Shown one piece after another: positions 1-10,340 of a stretch of 43,449 nucleotides of DNA. The stretch is from a virus, in IMG/VR virus record IMGVR_UViG_3300045988_162050, one strand, 5' to 3'. The position numbers and the translations under genes are program-made. Positions within the stretch are counted from its first letter, which is position 1, and each line of letters begins with the position of its first letter. Under the pieces are notes generated by a model. The model was not told the origin of the DNA, did no database searches, and worked only from the letters and a program-made list of their open reading frames with translations.

Positions 1-66
1 ATGAGAGCATAACTACTTGCTGACAAACGAATAAAATTAAATGGAAAAATAGATGATTTAAGTGCA

Positions 67-288
67 ATGATAGTAGGTGCAGAAAGATATGCACTAGGTA
101 GAAGAACATACATAGTACAATGGACCTGTGAATTTATAAAAAATAACTTACATTTAATAACTAATAAGGACAAGCAAGTAATAATAAAAGATTTAGAAAA
201 TCCTATTAGTTATGGAGATGAATGCGATAAGGAATGCTGGATGCAGTTATTAAAAATATTAAAAATGGAGGTAAAAGAAAATGTATAG
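67..288 (+). CDS. hypothetical phage protein
   Basis: ORF of 73 aa overlapping the next ORF by 8 nt, co-directional operon layout. Confidence 0.5.
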   Translation: MIVGAERYALGRRTYIVQWTCEFIKNNLHLITNKDKQVIIKDLENPISYGDECDKECWMQLLKILKMEVKENV

Positions 289-793
289 AATTAAATTTGA
301 AAGGGATTTAAAGGAACTAGAACAATTTGGATATAAAAAAGATGCACAAGGAAATTACTCAAAAAAAGTAATGAAAGATACAAATAAAGGATGGACATAT
401 TTTGAAACTATTGAAATCAATAAAGATGACAGAATAGTAAGAACAAGATTATATCAAGATTGTGCAGATCAAGAATGGGTAGGTTATATAGAGAAAAAGG
501 GCAGATTTATTTATGATTTAGATGAAGCGGGATTACTTGAAGAAATAAATATTGCTAAACTAAAGGAATTGAAATTTGATGATTTCTGTAAATTAAGAGA
601 AGAAAATAAAGAATTAAAACAACAACATGAATTTGCTATTAAAACATTACAAGAGCAACATAAAGCACAATTAGAAGGACTAAAAAATACAATAGTACAA
701 ATGAGTGTAAATGTTTTTTCAAGCCAAGATTCTTTTATGACAGTGTTTAAAAATATAGATAAAAAACTAGATTTAATATTAGGAGGAAAATAA
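281..793 (+). CDS. hypothetical coiled-coil phage protein
   Basis: 170 aa ORF; charged central coiled coil (EENKELKQQHEFAIKTLQEQHKAQLEGLKN). Confidence 0.65.
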   Translation: MYRIKFERDLKELEQFGYKKDAQGNYSKKVMKDTNKGWTYFETIEINKDDRIVRTRLYQDCADQEWVGYIEKKGRFIYDLDEAGLLEEINIAKLKELKFDDFCKLREENKELKQQHEFAIKTLQEQHKAQLEGLKNTIVQMSVNVFSSQDSFMTVFKNIDKKLDLILGGK

Positions 794-795
794 AA

Positions 796-1590
796 ATGAT
801 AGAAAAAGTAAATCCGGATCATCCAGATAAAGTAGCTGATAGAATAGCAGGAGCAATAGTAGATTTAGGATATAAACTACAAGAAAATCCTAAAATAGCA
901 GTTGAAGTATTAATAGGACATGGACATTGCAAAATAATAATAGAAAGTTCTGTTAAGTATAATGAAACAGATATATTTGACATTGTATATAGAATTACTA
1001 AAACAAATAATATTGCAATAGAAATAATATTGGCAAAACAAGATGAGTATTTAGCAAATAACCAAAAAGGAAAAGTAAGATGTGGTGATAATGGAATATT
1101 TAAAGGTGTTCCACTTACTGAAGAAGAAACACAAGTAAGTTATTTAGCACATCAAATTTATAATAAGTATAATAGTGATGGTAAATACATAATAGATATG
1201 CCAAGCAATAAGACAATTATATGTCAAAGTAATGCCAAGACAGAGGAGTTAAAAGCTATATATCCAACAGCAATAATAAATCCATTAGGAGAGTGGACAG
1301 GAGGATTACATGTCGATACTGGTGCTACAAATAGAAAGTTAGGTAGTGATATGGGAAAAGGCGTTACAGGTGGAGGATTACATGGTAAAGATCTATCAAA
1401 AGCTGATGTAAGTATAAATATATATGCATTTTTGAAAGCACAAGAAACAGGAAAACCAGTAGAATTGAGTTGTGCTATTGGAGATGAAATTGTAGATGAA
1501 AAACCATATGAAGAAATAGTTGAACAAGCAAGAAAATACATTCAAGCAAAAGGCGGATTTGAAAAATTTGCAGAATGGGGTTTATTTTAA
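796..1590 (+). CDS. metK: compact phage S-adenosylmethionine synthetase (MetK-like)
   Basis: PDHPDKVADRIAGAIVD, RCGDNGIFKG, NPLGEWTGGLHVDTGATNRKLGSDM and GGGLHGKDLSKADVS match MetK motifs; 264 aa, shorter than cellular MetK. Confidence 0.85.
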   Translation: MIEKVNPDHPDKVADRIAGAIVDLGYKLQENPKIAVEVLIGHGHCKIIIESSVKYNETDIFDIVYRITKTNNIAIEIILAKQDEYLANNQKGKVRCGDNGIFKGVPLTEEETQVSYLAHQIYNKYNSDGKYIIDMPSNKTIICQSNAKTEELKAIYPTAIINPLGEWTGGLHVDTGATNRKLGSDMGKGVTGGGLHGKDLSKADVSINIYAFLKAQETGKPVELSCAIGDEIVDEKPYEEIVEQARKYIQAKGGFEKFAEWGLF

Positions 1591-1616
1591 AAATAAATTA
1601 AACGGAGGTAAGTAAG

Positions 1617-1982
1617 ATGCCAAAGAAAAAAGATAATGTGACAGAATTAAGTGAAAATCCTAAAAAAGTTGACAATGAAGAAAATCAAATAGTAACTAAT
1701 CAAAAATTAGGATGGGTTCAAATATTATTATTAATAGGCAAACCTTTATGGGATGCACAGAAGAAAAAATGGAGAGTATTAAATGGTTATCAATCTGTAT
1801 TAGGAAATCAAAATAATCAAATGTTCTTTGAAGTTACATTTACAGATACTCCATATTGGGAGAATTTTGTTGAAAAACAATTATATATGGACATTCCAAA
1901 AGAACAGGAGGCAAGTACAGAAGATGGAACTAAAGGAAGCAATAAAAAAGGCAAACGAGCTAAAACAGAAGATGAAAAATAA
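1617..1982 (+). CDS. hypothetical protein
   Basis: 121 aa ORF after an aacggaggtaag ribosome-binding site. Confidence 0.55.
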   Translation: MPKKKDNVTELSENPKKVDNEENQIVTNQKLGWVQILLLIGKPLWDAQKKKWRVLNGYQSVLGNQNNQMFFEVTFTDTPYWENFVEKQLYMDIPKEQEASTEDGTKGSNKKGKRAKTEDEK

Positions 1983-2175
1983 ACAATATATCCAAGTAAG
2001 AAAAGATAATACAGATAGTTATGGATATATTGCAGCAATAGATACATTAGTAAGAGAATTGAAAATGTATCAAAAATAAAATAGGAAATATTGTAATACA
2101 TATCAAAGATCATAGAATTATAATTTATCAAGGTTCATAGCATACAATCTACCTAAGAAGAAAGAAGGTTTTTGT

Positions 2176-2766
2176 ATGGAAAAAATAGAAATTTCTGAGA
2201 GAGAAAGTCAATTATTAGAATTAATAGAGCAACTTGTTACTGATGGAGTTGCTAAAGGAATAAAAAAGGGGATTGAACAAGCAAAAAATGAAGAAAGATT
2301 GAAAGAAAAAATAACATATGATATCAAGATAAAAAATACAAGATTATTATTTAAAAATTATAGGAATTTTGTAAAGGCTTGTAAACAAGCAACTTTTACT
2401 GAAAAAGATTTAGAAACTGCAACAGTAGAAGAAGTGTTAGATAAATTATTCTGTCAATCTTATGATGAGGTAACCGTAGTTCAATCTATATTAGCATCTA
2501 AAAAGAGAACAGAAATTATATTAACACATATAAAAAGAATTATAAAATTTTATTTATATGAAGCGGACCAAAGTAAAAACGAAGAAAAAAAGCGAAAAGC
2601 CCATATTTTAAACGACTTATATGTTGTTGGAGAATATAAACCTAAAATAAATATTATGTCCGAAAAGTATCATATAAGTGAGAGGCAAATTAGGAGAGAT
2701 GCAAATTCTGCAATTGAAGAAATTGCAGTGCTTATGTTTGGTATAGATGGTATAAGAAAAATGTGA
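2176..2766 (+). CDS. late transcriptional activator, ArpU/RinA/sigma-like family
   Basis: 196 aa with C-terminal HTH-like YHISERQIRRDANSAIEEIAVLMFG; located before the late operon. Confidence 0.65.
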   Translation: MEKIEISERESQLLELIEQLVTDGVAKGIKKGIEQAKNEERLKEKITYDIKIKNTRLLFKNYRNFVKACKQATFTEKDLETATVEEVLDKLFCQSYDEVTVVQSILASKKRTEIILTHIKRIIKFYLYEADQSKNEEKKRKAHILNDLYVVGEYKPKINIMSEKYHISERQIRRDANSAIEEIAVLMFGIDGIRKM

Positions 2767-2778
2767 TTTTTGAATAGT

Positions 2779-2829
2779 AAAACTTGTCCAAAACTTGTCC
2801 TTGACATGTCATTGTCAATAATTTATAAT
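2779..2829 (+). promoter_or_regulatory. late-operon promoter with tandem upstream 11-mer
   Basis: TTGACA (2801-2806), 17 bp spacer, TATAAT (2824-2829); direct repeat AAAACTTGTCC at 2779-2789 and 2790-2800. Confidence 0.75.
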
Positions 2830-3071
2830 AATAACATCAAAAAATATGTTTAAAAATAAATCCCCTTTTATTTTTTGAAATAGATTAGTAAAAAAGAACT
2901 TGTGAAATTAGTGTTTTACAGGTTCTTTTTTGATGCAAAAGAAGAAGGTAGTATATATGAAATATGATATATGTATGAAGAGAGAATGTAAAAATTGCTT
3001 TAAGCAACTAGAATGTTTTAAGAAAGAAGGAAAGAATGAATCTGAAAAAATTGAAAATAGGGGATTTAAAA

Positions 3072-3542
3072 ATGGCAACATACAATCCCAGAAAAGAACT
3101 AACAGAAAAAGACAAAGAATACCAAAAGATAAAAAATAGTATTATTGAATTTGGATATGTTACACCAATTATAGTTAATTCAGATATGACAGTAATAAGT
3201 GGGCATCAGAGACTTAAAGTCTTGAAGGATTTAAAGTATGAAAATATAGATTGTATAATAGTCAAATTTGACAAAAATAAAGAAAAATTACTAAACATAG
3301 CACTTAACAAAATATCTGGAGAATGGGATTATCGAAAATTAGAAAGCATATTTAATGAATTAGAAAATAGTAATGTCGATTTATCATTAACAGGATTTGA
3401 TGATAAGGAAATAGAAAAATTTGTAAAAGAAACGGAAGAATTAATTTCAAAAAATGAAGAGGTTAATATACTGGATTTTAGTGATGAAAAGTTTAAATGC
3501 CAATGTCCTAAATGTGGATTCATGTTTGATGTGAACAAGTGA
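3072..3542 (+). CDS. ParB-like nuclease-domain protein
   Basis: MATYNPRKELTEKDKEYQKIKNSIIEFGYVTPIIVN...VISGHQRLKVLKDL ParB-N signature; C-terminal CPKCG. Internal start preferred over 3036. Confidence 0.75.
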   Translation: MATYNPRKELTEKDKEYQKIKNSIIEFGYVTPIIVNSDMTVISGHQRLKVLKDLKYENIDCIIVKFDKNKEKLLNIALNKISGEWDYRKLESIFNELENSNVDLSLTGFDDKEIEKFVKETEELISKNEEVNILDFSDEKFKCQCPKCGFMFDVNK

Positions 3543-3543
3543 G

Positions 3544-4590
3544 GTGATAAAAATGGCAGAGTATGAGTGGTATTTAAGTGATTTAAATAAAGTAAAAAAG
3601 AATGATTATAAAGTTTTTTCTTGTTTTTCCTGTGGTGGAGGATCAAGTCTAGGGTATAAATTAGCTGGATTTAATGTTATAGGAAACTGTGAGATTGATA
3701 AAAGAATAAATAATATATATGTGAAAAATAATCATCCAAAATATAATTATTGTATGGGAATACAAGAAATGAATAAGTTAAAAGAATTTCCAGAAGAATT
3801 ATATCATTTAGATATATTAGATGGTAGTCCTCCTTGTAGTACATTTTCAATGGCAGGACAAAGAGAGGAAAATTGGGGAAAAAATAAAAAATTTAGAGAA
3901 GGGCAAGCAAGTCAAATACTAGATGATTTATTTTTTGAATTTATAGATTTAGCAGCAATACTAAAGCCAAAAATTGTAATAGCAGAAAATGTAAAAGGTC
4001 TTATAATGGGTAATGCTAAAGGATATGTAAATTTAATAGTAAAGAAGTTTAATGAAATTGGTTATAAAGTACAATTATTTTTATTGAATGCTGCAACAAT
4101 GGGAGTTCCACAAAAAAGAGAAAGAGTATTTTTTGTTGCTACTAGAAAAGATATTCAATTTCCTAATTTAGTATTAAATTTTAATGAAACTCCTATAAAA
4201 TATGGAGAAATAAAAGATAGCAAATACAAACCTTTGGGAAAAGATACAATGATATACCATAGATGGAAAAAAAGAGTAAAAAGCGACTCAAATTTAGGTG
4301 ATACAGTAAAAAGAACAGAAAATGGAAAAATAAGCAGTTTTAATACACAATATCTAAAAGATGATAGAGTTCCAAACACAATAGCAGCAGGAGGAAGTTT
4401 ACCTGTTAGGTTTGATGTTCCTGGATATGCAACAGAAAGAGATATTAAGATCATTCAAACTTTTCCACAAGATTATGACTTTTTGGGATCCAACGTACAA
4501 TATATTTGTGGAATGAGTGTTCCACCAATCATGATGAAAAAAATATCAGAACAAGTAAAAATACAGTTATTAGATAAATTGTTAAAGTAA
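3544..4590 (+). CDS. C5-cytosine DNA methyltransferase
   Basis: Motif IV PPCSTFSMAGQRE, motif VI AENVKGLIMG, motif VIII PQKRERVFF, C-terminal VPPIMMKKIS. Start may be 3553. Confidence 0.92.
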   Translation: MIKMAEYEWYLSDLNKVKKNDYKVFSCFSCGGGSSLGYKLAGFNVIGNCEIDKRINNIYVKNNHPKYNYCMGIQEMNKLKEFPEELYHLDILDGSPPCSTFSMAGQREENWGKNKKFREGQASQILDDLFFEFIDLAAILKPKIVIAENVKGLIMGNAKGYVNLIVKKFNEIGYKVQLFLLNAATMGVPQKRERVFFVATRKDIQFPNLVLNFNETPIKYGEIKDSKYKPLGKDTMIYHRWKKRVKSDSNLGDTVKRTENGKISSFNTQYLKDDRVPNTIAAGGSLPVRFDVPGYATERDIKIIQTFPQDYDFLGSNVQYICGMSVPPIMMKKISEQVKIQLLDKLLK

Positions 4591-4609
4591 GGTAGGTGGG
4601 TGATATGAT

Positions 4610-5353
4610 GTGATAGAAGATAGTAACAAAATTTCTAAAATAAAAAAAGACTATATGTCTGGAAAAACCTACAAACAAATTGCTGAGAAACATGGTGTCA
4701 CTTATAATGAAGTTCTTTATTTAGTAAAAAAGAAACAATGGAAAAGAGACAGCAATCTAAGTAAAGTAAAGAAAGGAAATCAAAATGCAAAAGGAAACAA
4801 AGGTGGTCCAGGAGCAGAAAAAAGAAATACAAGAGCATTAAAGACAGGAGAATATGAAACAATATATGACGATCTACTTACCGATGAAGAAAAAGCACTT
4901 TTGAAACAAATAGAACTGGACGATAAAAAATATCAAATAATATCAGAAATAAAAATATTATCAATTAGAGAAAGACGAATACTAAAGAAAATACAAGACT
5001 TACAAAATGGTAAAGAAATGAGTATTGTAAGAATGTCAAAAAGTTCATCAAATAATGTCTCATATAGAGATAATGGAACATTAACGACAACTGAAGCAGA
5101 AAGTACCCTAAATATCGTACAAAGATTAGAGGAGGCTCTGACCAGAGTACAAGAAGCAAAAAGAAGATATATAGACAGTTATCATAAGATAGAAACTGAT
5201 GATAGAAAACTTGAATTAGATTTAATTAGATTAGAAATGGAAGCAGCACGAGATGACAGTTCGAATACAGAAGATATGAAAGATGATAGTTTCATAAAAG
5301 CTCTAAACGATTCTACAGAAGGTGCATGGAATGATTACACTGAAGAAGAATAG
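4610..5353 (+). CDS. terminase small subunit
   Basis: GTG start; HTH (GKTYKQIAEKHGVTYNEVLYLVKKKQW) followed by GNQNAKGNKGGPG, position before terL. Confidence 0.8.
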   Translation: MIEDSNKISKIKKDYMSGKTYKQIAEKHGVTYNEVLYLVKKKQWKRDSNLSKVKKGNQNAKGNKGGPGAEKRNTRALKTGEYETIYDDLLTDEEKALLKQIELDDKKYQIISEIKILSIRERRILKKIQDLQNGKEMSIVRMSKSSSNNVSYRDNGTLTTTEAESTLNIVQRLEEALTRVQEAKRRYIDSYHKIETDDRKLELDLIRLEMEAARDDSSNTEDMKDDSFIKALNDSTEGAWNDYTEEE

Positions 5354-6732
5354 TAAAGATTTTGATGAAAGAATTTCTAATCTAAGAAAGAAAGTAATGC
5401 AAAATGCTATTACTTTAAGAAAAAAGTTAAAAAATGGTACATTATTCAAGTTTAAACCATTCAGTTTAAAACAAAAGAAAATATTAACTTGGTGGACAGA
5501 TAATAGTCCAGTAAAAGATAAAAATGGAATTATAGCAGATGGAAGTATAAGAGCTGGAAAAACATTATGTATGTCATTATCATTTGTTTTATGGGCAATG
5601 ACAAAATTTAACGGACAGAATTTTATATTAGCGGGAAAAACAGTAGGAGCATTTCGTAGAAATGTTCTTTTTTGGCTGAAATTAATGTTAAGAGCACAAG
5701 GCTATAAAATTAAAGATAGACGTGCTGATAACATGTGTGAAATATCAAAAGGAGAAATAATAAACTATTTCTATATCTTTGGTGGTAAAGATGAAAGATC
5801 ACAAGATTTAGTTCAACGGAATTACTGCTGCAGGTGTGTTTTTAGATGAAGTTGCATTGATGCCACAATCATTTGTAAACCAAGCACTTGCTAGATGTTC
5901 TGTAAAAGGTTCTAAATACTGGTTTAACTGCAACCCAGAAGGACCAAATCACTGGTTCAAAGTAGAGTGGATTGATAAGAAGAAAGAAAAGAATATATTA
6001 CATTTACATTTTACAATGGATGACAACCCAAGTCTTGATGAAGAAACCAAAGATAGATATAAAAGAATGTTTGTTGGTGTATTTTATCAAAGGTTTATAT
6101 TAGGGTTATGGGTACTTGCTGAAGGTATTATATATCCTAATTTTGATAAAATAAAACATTGCATAAAGAAAGATGATATTCCTAAAAAATTTGATTATTT
6201 CTATGTAACATCTGATTATGGAATTACAAATCCACAGGTGTTTTTATTATGTGGAATAAAATATATAAATGGAAAACCTCATGTATGGATATTAGATGAA
6301 TATTACAATAAAGGAACTAAAAAGAACAAAAGTGGCCAAGAAGAAAAAATTACAAAAACGGATGATATGTTTTTAAAAGACTATAAGAAATTAATTAAAG
6401 ATATTGATGTTAGGAAAGTAATTATAGATCCTAGTGCAACATCATTAATTAATTTATTCAAACAAAACAAAATAGCAGTAAAAGAAGCTGATAATAGTGT
6501 TATAGACGGAATAAATCTTGTTTTAAATTGGCTAGATGAAGAAAGAATACATATTGTTGAAGAAAAATGTCCAAATATTATTAGAGAATTTAATTCATAT
6601 ATTTGGGATGAAAAAGCACAAGAAAAAGGCGAAGATAAACCGATAAAACAAAACGACCATGCACTAGATGCTTTAAGATACTTATTGCAAACACTATTCC
6701 CTAACAAGAAGAGGGGAGCATATTTTGTATGA
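5322..6732 (+). CDS. terL: terminase large subunit, split by +1 frameshift at CGG 5817-5819
   Basis: Walker A region DGSIRAGKT in first frame (5322..5849), Walker B GVFLDEVAL in second (5818..6732); joined product reads GGKDERSQDLVQ|GITAAGVFLDEVALMPQSFVNQA. Confidence 0.9.
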
Positions 6733-8281
6733 TAAGGAGAGAAGAAAAATGATAACAGAAATGGATAAAATAAAGATGATAATTACTGAAGGTGCAAAAA
6801 AAGGAATGGCATTATCAAAATTCATTGATTTACAAATAAATGATTTTAAGCAATCAGATACATATAATGAAATGATAGAAGGAAGTAAATACTTTAAAAA
6901 TGAAGGAGATATAGAAAATAAAAAAAGAACATATATAAATCTAGATGGAGTAGAAGAAGTTGCACCTCATGCTAAAAATTATATTTTAAAACATCCTATA
7001 CTATATAAGATGATTAATCAAAAAGCTGGATATTTATTAAGAAAAAAACCAACTATAAAACAAGTAATAGGAAAAAATGAAAAAGAAGATGAAGATTATA
7101 AAGAAATTCTAAAAGACTTATTTAATAATAAAATGCATAAAAGACTTAAATATACACTAATAGAAGCAGTAAAAAGAGGAATTAGTTGGTGGCAAATATA
7201 TATTGATAATGATGGAGATTTAAAAGCCAGATTAAGATATGCAACAAGAATAATTCCATTATGGCAAGATGAAGAACATGAAATATTAGATGCAATAATA
7301 ATGACATATGAAGTAGAAGTTTATACAAGTGAAACAGATAGACAAAAGAAAACAAAAGTTGAATATTGGGATTTAGATGGAGTTAGATATTATATTTATG
7401 ATGGTTCTTCATTAATAGAAGATATTGAAGAAGTAGAAAAAAGAAGTGACTTGGTAATCGGAAAAGATACAGAAGGAGTTAGTATTTTAGCTCATTTTAA
7501 AATTGGAGAAACATTACATAAATGGAAAAAGATACCTTTTGTTTACTTTAAATATAATGGTGATGAAATGCCATTAATTCATTTATTAAAAACGTTAATT
7601 GATTGTTACGATGAATTATGTTCTAGAACTGGAGATTCGATTTATGAAGCACCAGATGGAGTAAATGTTGTAAAAAATTATCAAGCAGAAGCTGGTACAT
7701 TTCAAAAAAATCTTGCTACATATAATACTGTATTTTTAGATGAAGATGGAGATTATGATAGAAAAGATATAAATTTAAATATTGAAGCATTTAAAAGTTT
7801 TATAGAGCAATTGAGAAAAGACATCTATGAGGGTGGTTCTGGAGTTGATACACAAAGTGAAAAATTTGGAACACAAGAGTCTGGTGTGGCCTTAAAACAA
7901 CTATATGCAGATTTGGATTTAGACTGCAGTAATATAGAAACAGAATTTAAAAGTAGTTTAGAATATTTTATGTTTTTCTATGATAACTGGGTTGAAATGT
8001 CAACTGGTAAAGATTATACAGACAAAGAAATAGAATTTGTATTTAATAAAACAATGACAGTAAATGAAAAAGAATTAATAGAAAATTGTGTAAATAGTAT
8101 AGAAATACTAAGTAGAGACACAATATTATCAAGACATCCATATGTTAATGATGTAGAAGATGAAAAAGAAAAACTAGAAACAGAACAAGAAGAAGAAACA
8201 AAAAAACAAGAATCTGAATATGATAAGATGATAAAAGAACTCAATAATAAAAATGATGGTGCAAAAGTTGGTGGTAAATAA
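6725..8281 (+). CDS. phage portal protein, SPP1 gp6-like
   Basis: 518 aa between terL and MuF-type protein; YKMINQKAGYLLRKKP, YYDELCSRTGDSIYEAPDGV-type portal composition. Confidence 0.85.
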   Translation: MYDKERRKMITEMDKIKMIITEGAKKGMALSKFIDLQINDFKQSDTYNEMIEGSKYFKNEGDIENKKRTYINLDGVEEVAPHAKNYILKHPILYKMINQKAGYLLRKKPTIKQVIGKNEKEDEDYKEILKDLFNNKMHKRLKYTLIEAVKRGISWWQIYIDNDGDLKARLRYATRIIPLWQDEEHEILDAIIMTYEVEVYTSETDRQKKTKVEYWDLDGVRYYIYDGSSLIEDIEEVEKRSDLVIGKDTEGVSILAHFKIGETLHKWKKIPFVYFKYNGDEMPLIHLLKTLIDCYDELCSRTGDSIYEAPDGVNVVKNYQAEAGTFQKNLATYNTVFLDEDGDYDRKDINLNIEAFKSFIEQLRKDIYEGGSGVDTQSEKFGTQESGVALKQLYADLDLDCSNIETEFKSSLEYFMFFYDNWVEMSTGKDYTDKEIEFVFNKTMTVNEKELIENCVNSIEILSRDTILSRHPYVNDVEDEKEKLETEQEEETKKQESEYDKMIKELNNKNDGAKVGGK

Positions 8282-9852
8282 TGAGTAGCAATGCAGAATA
8301 TTGGATAAAACGATTTGAAGAACTTGAAAAAGCACAATTATTAAATGATGCCAAATATGTTACTGAATTACAAGAAGCATATGAACGAACATTAAGTTCG
8401 GTAAAAAAAGAAATAAATAACTGGTTAGTAAGATTTGCAGTAAATAATCAGATTACTATGAAAGAAGCTAAAAAATGGTTAAATACTCAAGAATTAAAGG
8501 AATTAAAATGGGATATAGATGAATATATAAAATATGGCAAAGAAAATGGTATAGATTTAATTTGGAAAAAAGAATTAGAAAATGCAAGTGCAAAAGTCCA
8601 TATTTCAAGATTAGAGGCTTTAGAAATACAAATCCAACAACAAATCGAAAAGCTATATTATAATGAACAACAAAATACAAATGAATTTATTATTGAATCA
8701 TACAAAGATAACTATTATAAAACAGCATATGAATTACAGAAAGGTTCAAATGTAGCATTTAAATTTGCAGCATTAAATGTTGATGTTATTCAAAAGATTA
8801 TATCTAGACCATGGACAAGCGATGAGCAAACATTCTCAGACAGAATATGGAAGAATAAAAAGGCTTTATTAGATACTTTACAAAAAGATTTAGAAAAATC
8901 ATTAAGAGGTAATGCAGAAGAAGTAATAGAAAAAATATCAAAAGATTTTAATGTATCAAAAGGCAAAGCTGGTAGGCTTGTAATGACTGAATCTGCATTT
9001 TTTGCAAGTGACTCTAGAAAAAAGTGTTTTGAAGAATTATGGGTACAAAGATATATTAATATAGCAACATTAGATTCAAAAACATCTGAAGAATGTAGAG
9101 AAATAGATGGTACTATATTTGATATGAAGGACTATAAAATAGGTGTTACTGCGCCACCTTATCATATTAGATGTAGAACTACAACTGCTCCATATTTTAA
9201 AGATGAATTTGAATTTGGAGAAAGAGCAGCAAGAAATACAAATGGAAAAACATATTATATACCAAGTAATATTACATATAATGAGTGGCTAGAAAAATAT
9301 GTTTACTCTGACCCCGCGACTAAAAAAGCATTTGAAACAGATATAAAAATGAATAAAAATAAATCTTCTGATTATGCACAGTACAATAGATATAAAGAAA
9401 CATTAGGAGATGAAGTTCCTAAAACATTTGATAAATTCCAAGAAATGAAGTATAATAATATTGATGAATGGAAAAATTTAAAAGCACAATATTCTGATGC
9501 ATTAGGAATAACAACAGAAGAAAGAGCAAAAACATATATTAGCAACGTAAATAAAACTATAAATCAAGGAAAGCAAGATAAACATATAATAGGTAGTAAC
9601 AATTATACAGAAGGAAAAAGTTATTTAACTATATCTAAAGAAAAAGCTCAAGAACTAATTAATCAATATGCTGGAAAAGGTACATTAGAATTTAGTGATA
9701 GTGGCAAATGGAATAAAAAAGAAATAATAACAGTAAAAGAACAAATAGGAGTTGTAAAAAATAAAAACGAAGAAATAAAGACTAATAGTTTTAAAATACA
9801 TTATAGCAAAACTGGAACACACATTGTTCCATATAGGAAAGGTGGCAATTGA
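8281..9852 (+). CDS. minor head (MuF/SPP1 gp7-like) protein with C-terminal polymorphic-toxin-type-50-like domain
   Basis: AYYKTAYEL...LDSKTSEECREIDG...APPYHIRCRTTTAPYF typical of MuF; C-term KQDKHIIGSNNYTEGKSYLTI...FKIHYSKTGTHIVPYRKGG. Confidence 0.8.
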   Translation: MSSNAEYWIKRFEELEKAQLLNDAKYVTELQEAYERTLSSVKKEINNWLVRFAVNNQITMKEAKKWLNTQELKELKWDIDEYIKYGKENGIDLIWKKELENASAKVHISRLEALEIQIQQQIEKLYYNEQQNTNEFIIESYKDNYYKTAYELQKGSNVAFKFAALNVDVIQKIISRPWTSDEQTFSDRIWKNKKALLDTLQKDLEKSLRGNAEEVIEKISKDFNVSKGKAGRLVMTESAFFASDSRKKCFEELWVQRYINIATLDSKTSEECREIDGTIFDMKDYKIGVTAPPYHIRCRTTTAPYFKDEFEFGERAARNTNGKTYYIPSNITYNEWLEKYVYSDPATKKAFETDIKMNKNKSSDYAQYNRYKETLGDEVPKTFDKFQEMKYNNIDEWKNLKAQYSDALGITTEERAKTYISNVNKTINQGKQDKHIIGSNNYTEGKSYLTISKEKAQELINQYAGKGTLEFSDSGKWNKKEIITVKEQIGVVKNKNEEIKTNSFKIHYSKTGTHIVPYRKGGN

Positions 9853-10075
9853 AATGAAAGGTAAAAATTTAGAAGAATTATTAGATAAAAAAATTAAGTT
9901 AGAAACATTTAGTGGCAATGAATATGAAGGAATAGTTATAGGATATGTACCAGCACAGGATAATGAACCAGAAGTTGAAGAAATAAGTATTAGAAATGAA
10001 AAAGATAATAAAACTTATTCAATATTTGAAAATGAAGTAAAAAATATAAAAATACTTGAAAATATTGAAAAATAA
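9824..10075 (+). CDS. hypothetical small protein
   Basis: 83 aa; start may be at an internal ATG; overlaps the end of the upstream CDS. Confidence 0.5.
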   Translation: MFHIGKVAIEMKGKNLEELLDKKIKLETFSGNEYEGIVIGYVPAQDNEPEVEEISIRNEKDNKTYSIFENEVKNIKILENIEK

Positions 10076-10340
10076 GGAAAAAACCGACCAACTAGGATTG
10101 GATATAAGGCGATTTTATTTTAAAGGCATATAGTTTTATATGTCTTTTTTTGGTGTCTGTAATTATAGTGGCAGATTAAATGGATTCTTAAACAACCATA
10201 ACAAAGTTATAAAAGTAGGTATGTATGTTTACATACTTATTTTTTATATATTACGATTTTGTAAGTTGTTCGATAACAACACCAGGTCGGAGGCGTTGCT
10301 CCGTATAAAAACACGAATGCCTGAATTGAAAGGAGAACTC

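Noticed and set aside
10140-10340. Extended N-terminus of the scaffold protein in the ORF track
   Set aside because: This part lies over hairpins and terminator-like sequence, and a good SD precedes the ATG at 10341.
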